Shown one piece after another: positions 39,811 through 51,111 of a stretch of DNA of 64,000 bases. The stretch's first letter is position 1. The number at the start of each line of letters is the position of its first letter. The notes beneath the pieces were generated by a model. The model was not told the origin of the DNA and made no database searches. It was given only the letters and a program-made list of their open reading frames with translations. Where the stretch lies: NCBI GenBank assembly GCA_002269645.1, contig NIVC01000031.1:1054001-1118000 (forward strand), read 5' to 3'. The position numbers and the translations under genes were made by a program. This DNA comes from Macrostomum lignano. Taxonomy: Eukaryota.

Positions 39811-40910
39811 ATGGAAGGTTCCTGCACAGTGCCCAATCAGCAGAGGCTGAACATCGCTGCGCTGGTGTCCGGCATGATGAAGGGCGCAATAATCGGATTG
39901 GTGTCAATGCTAACGGACATCAGAAATTATTCAAACGCAAAGGGAACTGGCCAAGTGTTCTCTTTTAATCTTGCAGACGAAGACAGCGAGATTCGGGTAA
40001 GCGTGTTCGGAACAAATTTGAGAACACACCATTACTTGTGCAAAAACGCTACGGCCGTGCGCGTATCTGGTGGTTGGTTGAAAGCCTCAAATTCTATGTA
40101 CAACTCAACCGACAACGAGCTCGAAATGACTCTGTCAGTGGATAAAGATGGAGTCCTTGTTGCTAGCAACGAAATTGTCCAGCAGCGCAAAGCCCAGTAC
40201 ATAAAAATTGGCGTTCTCTCAACCTTTACACTGAGAAAGTAAGTTAAAGTCATACTCGTACCATTCATTCTAAGCAACATTCGTTTTGGATGTGATTAAC
40301 AATTAATGGCAAAATTCTTCAATGGTCATGTAGGAAGGTTGACATTCGAGGCGTCATTTCCAGTACTATGGCGCAAAGGGAAATCCAAACAAAACGAGGA
40401 ACTACCACTAACTTGGCCAAGGTGACACTGGTCGATGACTCGGCATCGTCTGTCTCCTGCACATTCTGGGCCGACAGTGCAAGTCTGGTGAATCACTGGA
40501 CTGTGGGCGACACCCTAGAGGTTCAAGGAGCCCAAGTGCAAGAATATGGCAATGATATTTCGCTAAATTGTACCAGGGCCAATGTTCGCCAATATCCTGC
40601 CAATGACTCTGACTTGACGGAGTGGTTTGAAAGGGCTCAGTCGAGTCAGCAAATCTTTGAGCCAGTCCAAAAGACCCAATCGACTGCGAGACCGCCTGAT
40701 AACCAGGAAGTTCGGAGGGACACATTTGTGTTCCAGTGCTCTCCTGAAATGTTCGCATCATTCCGCAATGTACAAATAATGCAAGTACGCTGCGGAGACG
40801 ACGAAATTATTTTTTCGCGAGACAAACGCGGAGGCGACGTGTCACTGGGCCAAATGGAGTCTACTCCAATCGCTGGACCGTCGCATTCTACTATCAATGA
40901 GGACGATTAA
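39811..40910 (+). CDS. RPA70-like protein with two OB folds (2 exons, intron 40239-40333)
   Basis: OB-A: IRNYSNAKGTGQVFSFNLADEDSEIRVSVF; OB-B: VDIRGVI..KVTLVDDSASSVSCTFWADSA. Phase-2 intron AA|GTAAGT...ATGTAG|G joins ORFs 39757..40242 and 40368..40910 in frame. Start codon uncertain. Confidence 0.82.
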
Positions 40911-42637
40911 AAAGAATTGTCATTGATAAAGCAACACAGTCAATCTCTGGTGTTGGGTGTTGCAGCTGCTAAGTTTAATAACAATAAAGTGCACACTGTC
41001 AATCTCCGGGGTTGGGTGTTGCAGAAGCAGCAATGTTATTCTGATAATAATTCTGATTGATTGTTGATACTAAAAAAAATAATACAATAAACGCTGTATG
41101 CATCTGATTCAGTAAAAAATAAGAGAATAATACAAAAAAAATAACTATTGTTTTCAAATAAATAATATAATCAATTCATTGCTCTGAACCTGAGCATCTC
41201 CCCGGAGGGGGGCTAAAATTGCTATAATTGTCTATAGCCAACATTCTCCTTCTTACTTTTCGATCCTCTATTCTGTAATGGAGATAGCTTGAGTTCTTTC
41301 TTTCTGTGGTGTATTGTAGTGTAATAAAATATTAATGACTAAATGAATGAGACCTATGAATAAGAATGAATATAAAAATTGATTTATGAATATTCATATT
41401 GAATTATTGAGATATTGAATTGTAGATACGGTGAATAAGAGAGATTATTATGAATATTAGTTAATCAATTGCGATAAATAACTGTACTAAATACTCTCCC
41501 CGAAGGGGGGTCAACTATTGCCAGTATAAACCTAAATCTGCTCGGGCAAAATTAGTCAGCCCGCAGCAACATCTCTAAAGTTCGAGTTAGTCTATCATCA
41601 GCGCTACGAGAGGCTGGTTGGCGCGTTGAAGGCCAAAAGTAATTTAGTTTATTTAGCAATGTAAAAGTACATGTAGCTACCCCATAGTGTCGCCACTGCA
41701 AGAATCCCCTGCACAAGTCCCATCTGTACCTGCATGGCCAATACGATCGAGTCCCAGCGGTGTCCCTTATCATCGGCTATGACTTCGAGATTGATAGCAA
41801 AAAGACACTCGTTGGCTGGTAAGTGCAAAGCCCCTTCTAGTCGGAAGCCCGATTTCGAAAGCTCCGGTTTGGTGAGCCGGTGCACTGGCTGGTGGCGGCG
41901 GGTTAGTTAATCTGCGGATTAGCTCTACCTTAAAAATTCTCCCTGCTTGTCTCGCCGTCCCTCTCTTTACCCATTGGACCTAGACTGCTCGCCCACAGAT
42001 CAAGCATCACCATACATGTAGATATATTGACTGATATAACTGTACTGTACAATGTATATAGTCCATATATAGGTACAGTTTCATGTGAACTTACATTTAC
42101 TTGTTGTTTCTAGGCAAGAATAATTCGGGGGTACGTATATGCAGTACGCAATATGAGTTAGCTCGTGTACATGTAAATTACATGTATCTGGGGTGACGCT
42201 GGGTAACTAATGGTGATCGCATGAAGTGCCACCATGCGGCTACATGTGAAAGTGTACCCATGTATCTTTCAATTTGTGTCTGCAAGTTCAATCAACTTAT
42301 ACAAATCATGAAGTCGCATTTGGGGTAAAAAATACAGACCAAATTTTTATCTGTGTCGACAGTGTTTCTATCAGCACAAGTTCTCTGCAGTGGTCTTAGA
42401 ATGCTGTGTACGTCATGCTTTAATTGAGCAGTACGTATTTTTGTTACTTTACCCCTGTACATGCACACGAGTAGTCTACAGTTATGGCCGCATTTCCGTG
42501 GCATGATAGTTTAGCTCTCTGTAATGTAAAAAAGAACGATATAGTGTATCGCTCGTCAAAAATCAGAGGCAGTAACACATCCAGCATACTCTGCAACAGT
42601 CTAGATTTTATTTGAGGAAATCGGTAGTAACGGCTCA

Positions 42638-44167
42638 ATGGTAAAACGCAAACGCACGTTTTGTAATGTGCCAACTAATACAAATAGATCGCGGGGCGAG
42701 ACGTATTCGAGGCAAAGCAGAAATATTTGGCTGTTACGGCAAGCTTCCGCTAAAAATCGCTGCACATTTATCATGCCGACGATAGTCCGACTTATTGACC
42801 TGTTTGGATCTCGAGACGACCTTCAGCTCGCCTGCTGTCAAATGGCTCGATCCGCAGCTGAAAACGGAGACGCTTTCACGGCTAGACAGTTTGTCAATGT
42901 TTTGTCAGTCAATCAGAAACTGAACGCTGAAGATATGGACGAGTTTCTACTAGAGCTGATAGTTATTTCGCAACGGAACTGTCGCTGGGAATCGATGGCC
43001 CAGTTCTTAGTAGCTATCGACAATAGAAGTACGAGAAATCATCGTTGCGCAGTCGCGGTTAGAACGCTAGCCATAAATTGCCAATGGGCCGTGGCCATTC
43101 GCGTAATAACGATCATTCAAAATGAAGACCTGAAGCTGCAGTGCGTCTCTGAATTGGCTCAACGGGCAGCCAAGTGGGGCGAGAAAAGAACGGCCTTGAG
43201 AGTTGTTAAACTCGTTTCAGATTTGAAAATTCGGGATTCCGTGTGCATTATTGCAGCAATGTCTGCTAGCGAGAAAGATCGCTGGAGCTTAGTCACTAAT
43301 CTAGTCCACCTCATGTCCGATCCGAACGCCAGAGATGAATTTTGTCGCAAAGCGGCCGCATCAGCGGCGTCACACTGTCGTGACAAGATGGCTGCGTACG
43401 TTAACTTATTGACTGACAAGGAGAAATCAAGTGACATTCGCCTCGAGGACATTGAATGGCCGGCGAAGTTCCAGAGCCAGTGGACTACAGTTATTGGCCT
43501 CGTTAAATCCATAGTTGATGAGAACGTGAGGCTCGATTGCTGTAATAAGATTTGTTCCTATGTTGCTAGTCAAGGCTATGCCGAAGTTGTGTCCAGCATT
43601 CTGAGCATCATCTCGGATCCTAATCATAAGGACCAATGCTGCAGTAACTCTATTAAAGCCGCAGCATCTCAAGGCCATCGGAATGTTGTGCACCAATTAT
43701 TACCAACAATTTCTGATCAACGTCTACAGGAAGAACTACGCGTTTCCATTTTGACCAGATCCGCTTCCGAGTTTAGTAAACCAGAATTTATTAGGCAGCA
43801 ACTCGAAAGTATTTCTGACACAAATCTGAAAGATGAGTGCTGCTCTGGAATCATGAAATCTGCCGCTTCTGTAGGAGACTGGAAGACGAGTAAGTACACA
43901 GCGGGTCTGATAGCAGATCAATCGGTTCGAAGCCATGCCTGCAGCAGCGCTGCAAAGTCTGCCTCTCGACTGGGCGCGTCAGGTGAATTTGATTATTTTC
44001 TAGCGGAAATAAAAGACAAAGGCATTGTTATATTCACCTGCATTGAATCCGCCAAAGCAGCAGCCCATAACTGCAACTGGGAGATGGCTAACCTAGCCAG
44101 GACAACAATCAGCGAACTTCCACTGAAGGATCAATGCAGCGCCGACTTGGCAATTATTGCAGCTACT
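42638..44167 (+). CDS. cGLR fusion, segment 1: about 13 atypical 33-aa alpha-helical (ANK/TPR-like) repeats
   Basis: Periodic unit such as SDPNHKDQCCSNSIKAAASQGHRNVVHQLLPTI; likely start MPTIVRL or an upstream exon. Confidence 0.75.
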
Positions 44168-44178
44168 GTAGATACACT

Positions 44179-45059
44179 CGGCCCAACTGGGAGCAAGCTC
44201 AGGCTGCTGCTAGGAGCATCAGTGAACCAAGCACCAGGGACGCCTGCTGGATTCGCTTGGTCGAGACGGCTACCCGGCAGCGCTCGTGGGATATGGTGAT
44301 CAGCATGGTGCAAGAAGTTTCAGACCAAACGGCTAAAGAGAAGCTCTGCACAGAGGCAGCTAAAGTCGCTGCAGCAAGAAGCCAAATTGAAGTGGTCAAA
44401 CGTTTGCTTCTAGTTATTAGTTGCGAAGCTAGCAAAAACCTTTGCTGCATTGAGGTCGTAAAGGTTGCAATCTCGCATGGCCATTGGAATTTTGTTTTAG
44501 GCATTCTACAATTCGCTGGTCGAAACAAAATAAAGCAGATTTTCAGTCCCGAAAATTGCGAATTCATTTTTGAAGACAGGATGCTGCACGATTTAGTGCA
44601 CAGCGCAATAAGCTGCTCAAATGAGAATAAAATTCCTGCACTTGAGCAGATTCTGCCTCACTTAGCTCACGCGCAACATCTCAGGCTTATGGCCAAGTGC
44701 ATCTCGGATGGCTACGTTCCAATAGTATTTAACCTGCTGCAACACTTGAAACAAATTGACGAACCGATCGATTCGAGCAGCACGTCGCTAATGCTAGCCG
44801 CAGATTCTGGACAGTGCGAATTAGCAGAGCATCTACTCGCTCAAGGCGCATCGGTAAGTGTTCAGGACGAGTTCGGTAGGACTGCGTTGTCTCGAGCCTG
44901 CATTGCTGGTCATATTCGAGTTGCCATGGCGTTGATCGATAGCAGATCAGACATCGAACATCGTGACCGGAACGGACAGAGCTGTGCTCAGTTGGCTGAA
45001 CAATTCCAACATTTTGATGTGCTTAAAAAACTTCAACATCATTTTGGTTCGATTGCGTT
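44179..45059 (+). CDS. cGLR fusion, segment 2: 3 further 33-aa repeats plus about 3 canonical ankyrin repeats
   Basis: TSLMLAADSGQCELAEHLLAQGA, DEFGRTALSRACIAGHIRVAMALI, DRNGQSCAQLA; ends at donor TT|GTAAGT. Confidence 0.85.
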
Positions 45060-45306
45060 GTAAGTTAAACCTTGATTAAATCAACAATAATTATAGGCAA
45101 TTTAAAGTGCTGCAATGTTTCGGATAAATTTTCCTCATTTCTTCCATAGAATTACAGACGAAAGGAAGCAGTACAGACAAGAAACTGAGTTACAAGTTAC
45201 TCAACCAAAGTAAGTGTGTATTCTATTCAGTTTTAAATAGAATTTTGCGGTATTACAGGGTTAACTTGATTTGAAACTCAATTTTCATTTTTGCTCTATT
45301 CTTAAG

Positions 45307-45821
45307 ATTCGCGAAACTTCTAGCTGACGAACAACAAGTTGATGAGAGACTGAGCGAAGATCTGCATCGTCTGCTCAACAATGCTGGCTTCAAGCTCACC
45401 AGGGTACATTTTCAACATGAGGTTGCTGATTCGCTGGAAGAATTAGTTCAGGCATTCACGCAGGAATCACGATACATGACTGGAAGCTACTCTGAAGGCT
45501 GGGGCTTCAGTTTAAAACATTTGAATGGAAAAATAGCGTCAGACTCTGACATCGACTGGACCGTAATTGCTGGTGACGAATTATTCCATCTTGAAGGCGG
45601 CTGTAAATGCGCAGGCGTCGCTAGACTAACATTGGTGGATGGTCATACACAAGTATCAACTATCGTTGGTAAGTTCGAACTCAATTCAGAATTGTCTTTG
45701 AAAGTTCAAGATTTCGATTGTATCGACATAAAACGAAAGAAAGTTAAGTCACTTTCGAACTACCCAGAAAACTTGATTAAAATGACACTGTACTCGAGAA
45801 CTGTGAGTGAAAATGAAGCAA
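45307..45821 (+). CDS. cGLR fusion exon: Mab-21/cGAS-type NTase core
   Basis: Spine-helix-like LSEDLHRLLNNAGF then MTGSYSEGWG...SDSDIDWT (GS plus DxD); preceded by a 60-bp linker exon 45150-45209. Confidence 0.8.
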
Positions 45822-46793
45822 GTACGTCGTACGTGCTTTATCCAAAGTTTATCAAACTAAATAAGTGAAAGCGTAAAAATACAGTTTTTATGTGCAAACA
45901 TTTCACAAAAATTTACTTTGTATAACGACTAAATTAAACTTCAGCGAAACTTTGCTTGCTTACCCGCATAGACAACTGAACTACTAGGCCACTATATATC
46001 GGGTGATTTCAATGCAAGTTTTTTTGACCGAATTTATCCGTTCTCTGGTTGTAGATTTACATTTTTCAAGGTTCTGAAGAGTATACGTTCCTTATCGGCC
46101 TCCAGCTCTACGAAAACTTTCTAAGAGAAAAGTCTAGCTTATTTCTACTCGTAATTCAGTTGTTTATGTCGAAGAAACTTCTTAAACAGCATTGAAGGAA
46201 ACCGCTAACTTGTAGCTCGTAGCTACTAGCTTAATTTGCAACCAGCAGAAGTCGATCGGTACATTAAATTTTAACCTGGTGCGTGAAAACCGAAAATTTA
46301 AAACAAAAAACTGAGAAAATTCTGTCCTTCGGTTGTTGACAATTAAAAACCGACAGACTGACAGTTTGTACTCGCATATTTCGTACCTTTCGAAGTCAAA
46401 GAAGAACTAAAGAGATATTCGGGATTGACTGCTGCTAATAACTTCTTGGTCGGGCCATGGAGCAAATAAAACACATGAAATTACAGTTAGAGATCAAGAG
46501 CATAGATAAAATAAACAGCTGGCGGCAAAATAATATACAAATAACGAGTTATACCCTCCCACTTTGGAGATAGCTATAGAAAATAATTAGTGAAGGATCT
46601 CAAACCGACAACTAAAAGTATTGTTGTTTAATTTAAATTAGCACACTATACCATGGCTGTTTTCTTATTTTATCGTGCCTTCTGTAAGCTTCTGTTAATT
46701 TTTTATTTTATCTGAAAACAAAGTCAGGCATCAAAATACACCCACCCGTACGCTGAAAATCGTATAAAATTAAATGCAAACTGCTAACTTCAG

Positions 46794-48219
46794 GTGGCAA
46801 TCCGGCTCTGAGAATTGACGGATGCGGCGTTCGACCAGCCCAGGACACATGCCAAGCGTTTCCATGCTGTAGCAGCCTTTGAGAAGAGAAAATTCGTCAG
46901 TTAATCGCTCCTCAGCCAGTCAATGTGCATCTAGTCAGAGCTTATAGACCCAATAAATCAAACGAATTGAGGATTAGCTTCAGCCTGCACGAGAAGCAAA
47001 TTATGAGGAGCTTGAACTCAATTCAAGGCCAATTGTTCATTCTCCTCAAATTCATATTTAAGCATCAGCTACCAAAAGAATTCAATACGCGAGGGCTGAA
47101 AACCTATCACGCAAAAACCTTGCTTTTCTTTATGATGGAGAAGTATATAGCTCTGATACTACTGCTTGGCAAAGCTTCAACATTGTTACCTTGCTCAAGG
47201 AGTCTCTGGATCTCATGCTTCAGTTTCTTGATTGGAGCCATTCTCGGGACGTTTGCATGCCGCACTTCTTTATGGAAAACGTTTCACTTTACTTTAAGAA
47301 TGCTGGCACAACTTGTGGAGACTTTAATTCTACTAAATCAAAAGTTAGACGTTTCTTGTCGAAGCTGCGAAATGACGTAAACCTTGTTGTCGATTCCATC
47401 CGAAATCATGTCGATACGCTCACTTCAAATTGCTTCTTCTTTCACCCGTTCACTCTGCTGCCACTGACCGGTCAGCCAAACTCAGTTTCCAACGTAGATC
47501 CAACCAGCACGACAAAGCTCTTAAAAGCCTATCGAACAGTTCAAAGGTGCATCCATGATCTTCAATCAGAAACTTGTCAAATCGACCTTCTACTTTCTAG
47601 GCTAAATTCACTACCAGAGGTATTTCAATGTACGCGGATGTGCCTGACAATAATAGCCCTGTTAAGACAGTCAAATCGAGCTGAAGCAGCCAGGTTAGCG
47701 CAACAACTTGTCAGTCATAGGGTGCAAAGAGCGTGGAGTTCAAGTGGAAGCCTTACAGCAAGCCTGCTTGACGATCGTGGTCCCGATTGGGCCTGGAGAT
47801 TCTGCATTCCCAGCCTAAAAGAGGCTCAGTTTCACTTCTTACCGGCCATCACTGGTTCTCTCATCTCAGCAAGGCTTTCAGTTGCTGGGGCCTCACATTT
47901 GTACTTTAATTTCCGTTGCATTGGCTGGAGCCTGCAAGCTGAGCTGCTTCAGAAAAACGATTATAACGTTCAAGATTGGTACGATGAGATGCAAGAGGAC
48001 GCCGATCTAGAAGAGCTCCTAGTCCTGGCTCATTACAGTGACTGTCCGGAGCATCTCCAGTTCAGTTTGGAGCAAGCTACTATTAAGGAGAACGGCAGCC
48101 TTTCGATGACTATTCGGGATCGAAAAAAACTCGGGGTTATTGCGAAAAAGCTTGAGATGCTTCAAGCTGAGAAGTCAAACGTCAGCAGTGAGTTGGAAAT
48201 TCAATGCGACAGTCTGTAG
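46794..48219 (+). CDS. cGLR fusion last exon: third acidic residue, Mab-21 C-lobe and C-terminal helical domain (contains a stop and a frameshift)
   Basis: Branch point ctaac plus cag| acceptor; PAQDTCQAF, LRISFSLHEKQIM, GLKTYHAKTLLFF, CMPHFF, WAWRFC, HLYFNFRC. Confidence 0.8.
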
Positions 48220-50395
48220 TTTAATGCCAGGCACGCTCGTACGGCTTGAGATTTATCAAGCTTAAAAAATACGAACTTTTGTTTGTACTCGTACATACGC
48301 TGAAGATTTTCTGTTAAGAGTTCTATTTCGATATCGTTTAAATATACATCTGATGAAGATGTATAGATGCATTTAGTACTTAAAGTACTAAAGAAAGAAG
48401 ATTAGCTGCAGTAAAGTACTTGAGGTAGTTCTACAGCAGTTAGAAGTCTAGAAACTTTTTAGAATCAACAAAAATTTTTCTGAATTTGGACTGTCAGCCT
48501 TTTAGCTCCAATTGCTTTTAGGACTTAAAAAATCTGAACATCTAAACCAAAACACATTCAGGACACACTAAAACGCATAAAGACACACTACAAAGACACA
48601 TCAAGAAACACTGATACATCACGGGGACTCTAAGACGCGTCAAGACGCACCAAAACAAACAAAGACACAACAAAACATTTAAAAGGCAATCTAAGATCCA
48701 CAAAGACGTACCAAAACATACACGGCTACTATGATGAGATCATGGAGAATTCACTTGCAGTGTGCTTCGTACTTTTGCTTGGCTAATTGTTTACAGTAAT
48801 TCGAATTCATGAATGATTATACTAATTTTTCCATAATCTTGAAGCTCATCGCTTTAATTGACTGTGCAATATGTTTAATTTGATTCTGCTATTAAATTGA
48901 TATTACTGAAGTGGTTCTTATTTATTTACGAATATACGAACATGTAATATAATACGAACATGTACTATAAACTACATGTATAGTACATGTCATTTTACTG
49001 CTTTCTATTTGCGTGATTTAAACAAACTGTTACAAGTAACTAGACAATTTTTACGCGAATGCATACTTTTGGGACGAATTAAACCTGTCGCAGCGTAGCA
49101 GACCTTGGCACTCAAAAACGAACATAGCAGAATATATATGCATATAGCTGTCCAAGAAAGTGATTATATTTAGCTTGCTGAGTAGGCCAAGTTTCTTAGA
49201 GTAGCTAGGAGAAAACAAGTTATTAAAAATATATCAAAGCAATAGATAGTAGTAGCGAATTATGATTGGTTGATAGTTACGTGGGCGCTGGGCAAGATTA
49301 TCGATTGGCTAGAAATTTATCACATGCTGATATATAAAACCCAATTGCAAGAATGTACACACAAGTTACACAAAATAGGATACATTTACGTATTAGTCTA
49401 CTGACAGTAAAAACAATGACATTTCACAACTAATTCAATCCCGTCACACTTTAGTGACAGCTACTAGATTAGATGTATCGGAAGATATGTCACTCAAATA
49501 AATTTGAGAAAAATCAAAGCGTCTTCTCCTTTTCAATAGTTTGTCTGCGCAGCGTCATTAAAATTCAATATAGAAACGTAACTTTTCCTTTAATTCCTGT
49601 AATGACTCAGACTAGCTATTTAGTTTGGCGAGAGAAACGATGCGCTTTTAAAATGAGCCGACTGCTCAATTCAATATATTTATAGGGACGAGAGTATTGC
49701 GTAATAAGAATATTGCTACGAATTCATCGACCAAGCCAGCCGTACATTATTATTTCCGCGCAGAGCGTACACTACAATTACTTAGGGGTTAGTGGCCTCA
49801 GGAGCACATCGAGCATTAAAGTCCGGTTGACTCCTGGTTGGGGTTTCAAGTTTTTCCTCCTGTCTTCAGTTTTTAAATAAATTTCTTGTTAAATTTGAGT
49901 CGGAGGCAAGCCTTGAGTATGTAAAACAGCTGGTATGAAGATGCTAATATCGGGTTAACGCTTCCATGAATATATATTCGAGACAACTAAGCTATTTAAA
50001 TGATTATGATAAACAAAAAATCAAACATTAATCACACCAAAAGAAATTACTACCAATGGAACCATTCAGCTCTTAATGTGATTAATTCTTCTATATATAG
50101 ATACATATCGTAAAAATTGTAAAACGTAAATTCGCTACTGACTGGGTTACACTACAATGGTGACACTTTTATTAACGTTTCATTACAATCAGTACAGAAG
50201 GGATGCAGCGATAAGATAAACATCGCTTCAATAGATGAATATACAAAAATAGACAAAGGGGTGGAAAAGTGCAATCGAGTATATACGTCCGACTACTTTT
50301 GAATCACCTGAAAAATATATGGTTTAGGGCTGTTTAGAAATTAAGTGACTTTGGACTTTTAAAAATGAAGTCGATCTTTAGTCTTCTAAAATCGA

Positions 50396-51111
50396 TTATA
50401 GAATAGAGCAGTCGCCCTCTCTCTCTCTTTCATGTACGTGGACTTCGATTTCCCTTCGTTGCTGATATTGCATTTCCAACCTTTGATTTCTAAGCTCCTG
50501 TTCCAATGTTTCTCGCATTCTCATGCGTAGTACCTCCATTGCCATACCGAACTCACGAGCGTGCATTTCCAGCATCATCTTAATCATGAACAGATGCTGA
50601 ATTTGTTGGATCTGCGACTGCTGTGCCACTTGCAGTTGCTGGGTCTGGCGTAGAGCGTCAGAAATCATCACCATCTGGTTTTGCGCGTCTGACTCAGTTT
50701 CCTGATCCGTTTTTTTGAAGCGCTTTTTGTTGTGCTGTGCAACTTCATCGATTAGTTCTAACAAGTCATTGATCTGCTGCTGTCTTAACTCGGAGTTGGC
50801 ATCGCTCTTGTCATTACTCAGCACGGTGACCCTATCGCCCACTTTCGACAGCAGATCTCTGAACTTGGGAATCGCAGGGCATAGTTTATTTTTCAGATAT
50901 TCTTGAAAGCCTCTCTTGTTGCCATTAAGCTTTTCACAATGCGTGAAGACAATGATCGCTCTTTCAAAAGCTTTTGGGCCAAACATTTGACTGCATCATT
51001 GGCAGCATTTAGTTCTTCCTCAGTCGCCCTGACATCGTATCTTAGGACAATCAGAAAGGCATCCACTCCTTTTGGACAATCGTCAAGCGCACTTGTCAGG
51101 TTTTCAGGCAC
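50396..51111 (-). pseudogene. AIG1/GIMAP-family GTPase, C-terminal two-thirds, ending in CaaX (CSIL); one frameshift; G1-G3 exon not found
   Basis: CPKGVDAFLIVLRYDVRATEEE..MFGPKAFERAIIVFTHCEKL..LLSKVGDRVTVLSN..QINDLLELID matches the AIG1 switch-II-to-helix region; a 1-nt deletion in an A-run at 50986-50988 joins the two ORFs. Confidence 0.8.

Larger units (their letters stand above)
38144..41578 (+). mobile_element. Helitron-like element (no RepHel ORF in view) carrying STPR-OTU and RPA70-like genes; 3' end uncertain
   Basis: 5' end A|TCTTATATACTAAATTTGAGTTTGTTTGTTTG...GCGAACGGAATGACCGATTTT resembles invertebrate (Lep1-like) Helitron heads; cargo types are known Helitron passengers. Candidate 3' hairpin 41540-41567 followed by CTAA 41575-41578 is weak. 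Confidence 0.6.
42638..48219 (+). pseudogene. 33-aa helical repeat / ankyrin / Mab-21 (cGAS-like receptor) nucleotidyltransferase fusion gene with three lesions
   Basis: In-frame canonical introns 45060-45149, 45210-45306 and 45822-46793 link ankyrins to the NTase (TGSYSEG..DSDIDW..QDT) and C-lobe (SFSLHEKQI, LKTYHAKTLLF). Lesions: 11-nt insertion 44168-44178, TGA 46880-46882, frameshift at about 47144-47149. Confidence 0.8.

Noticed and set aside
49785-49860. GGTTGACTCC resembling a tRNA B-box or SINE head
   Set aside because: No cloverleaf and no second copy in the window.
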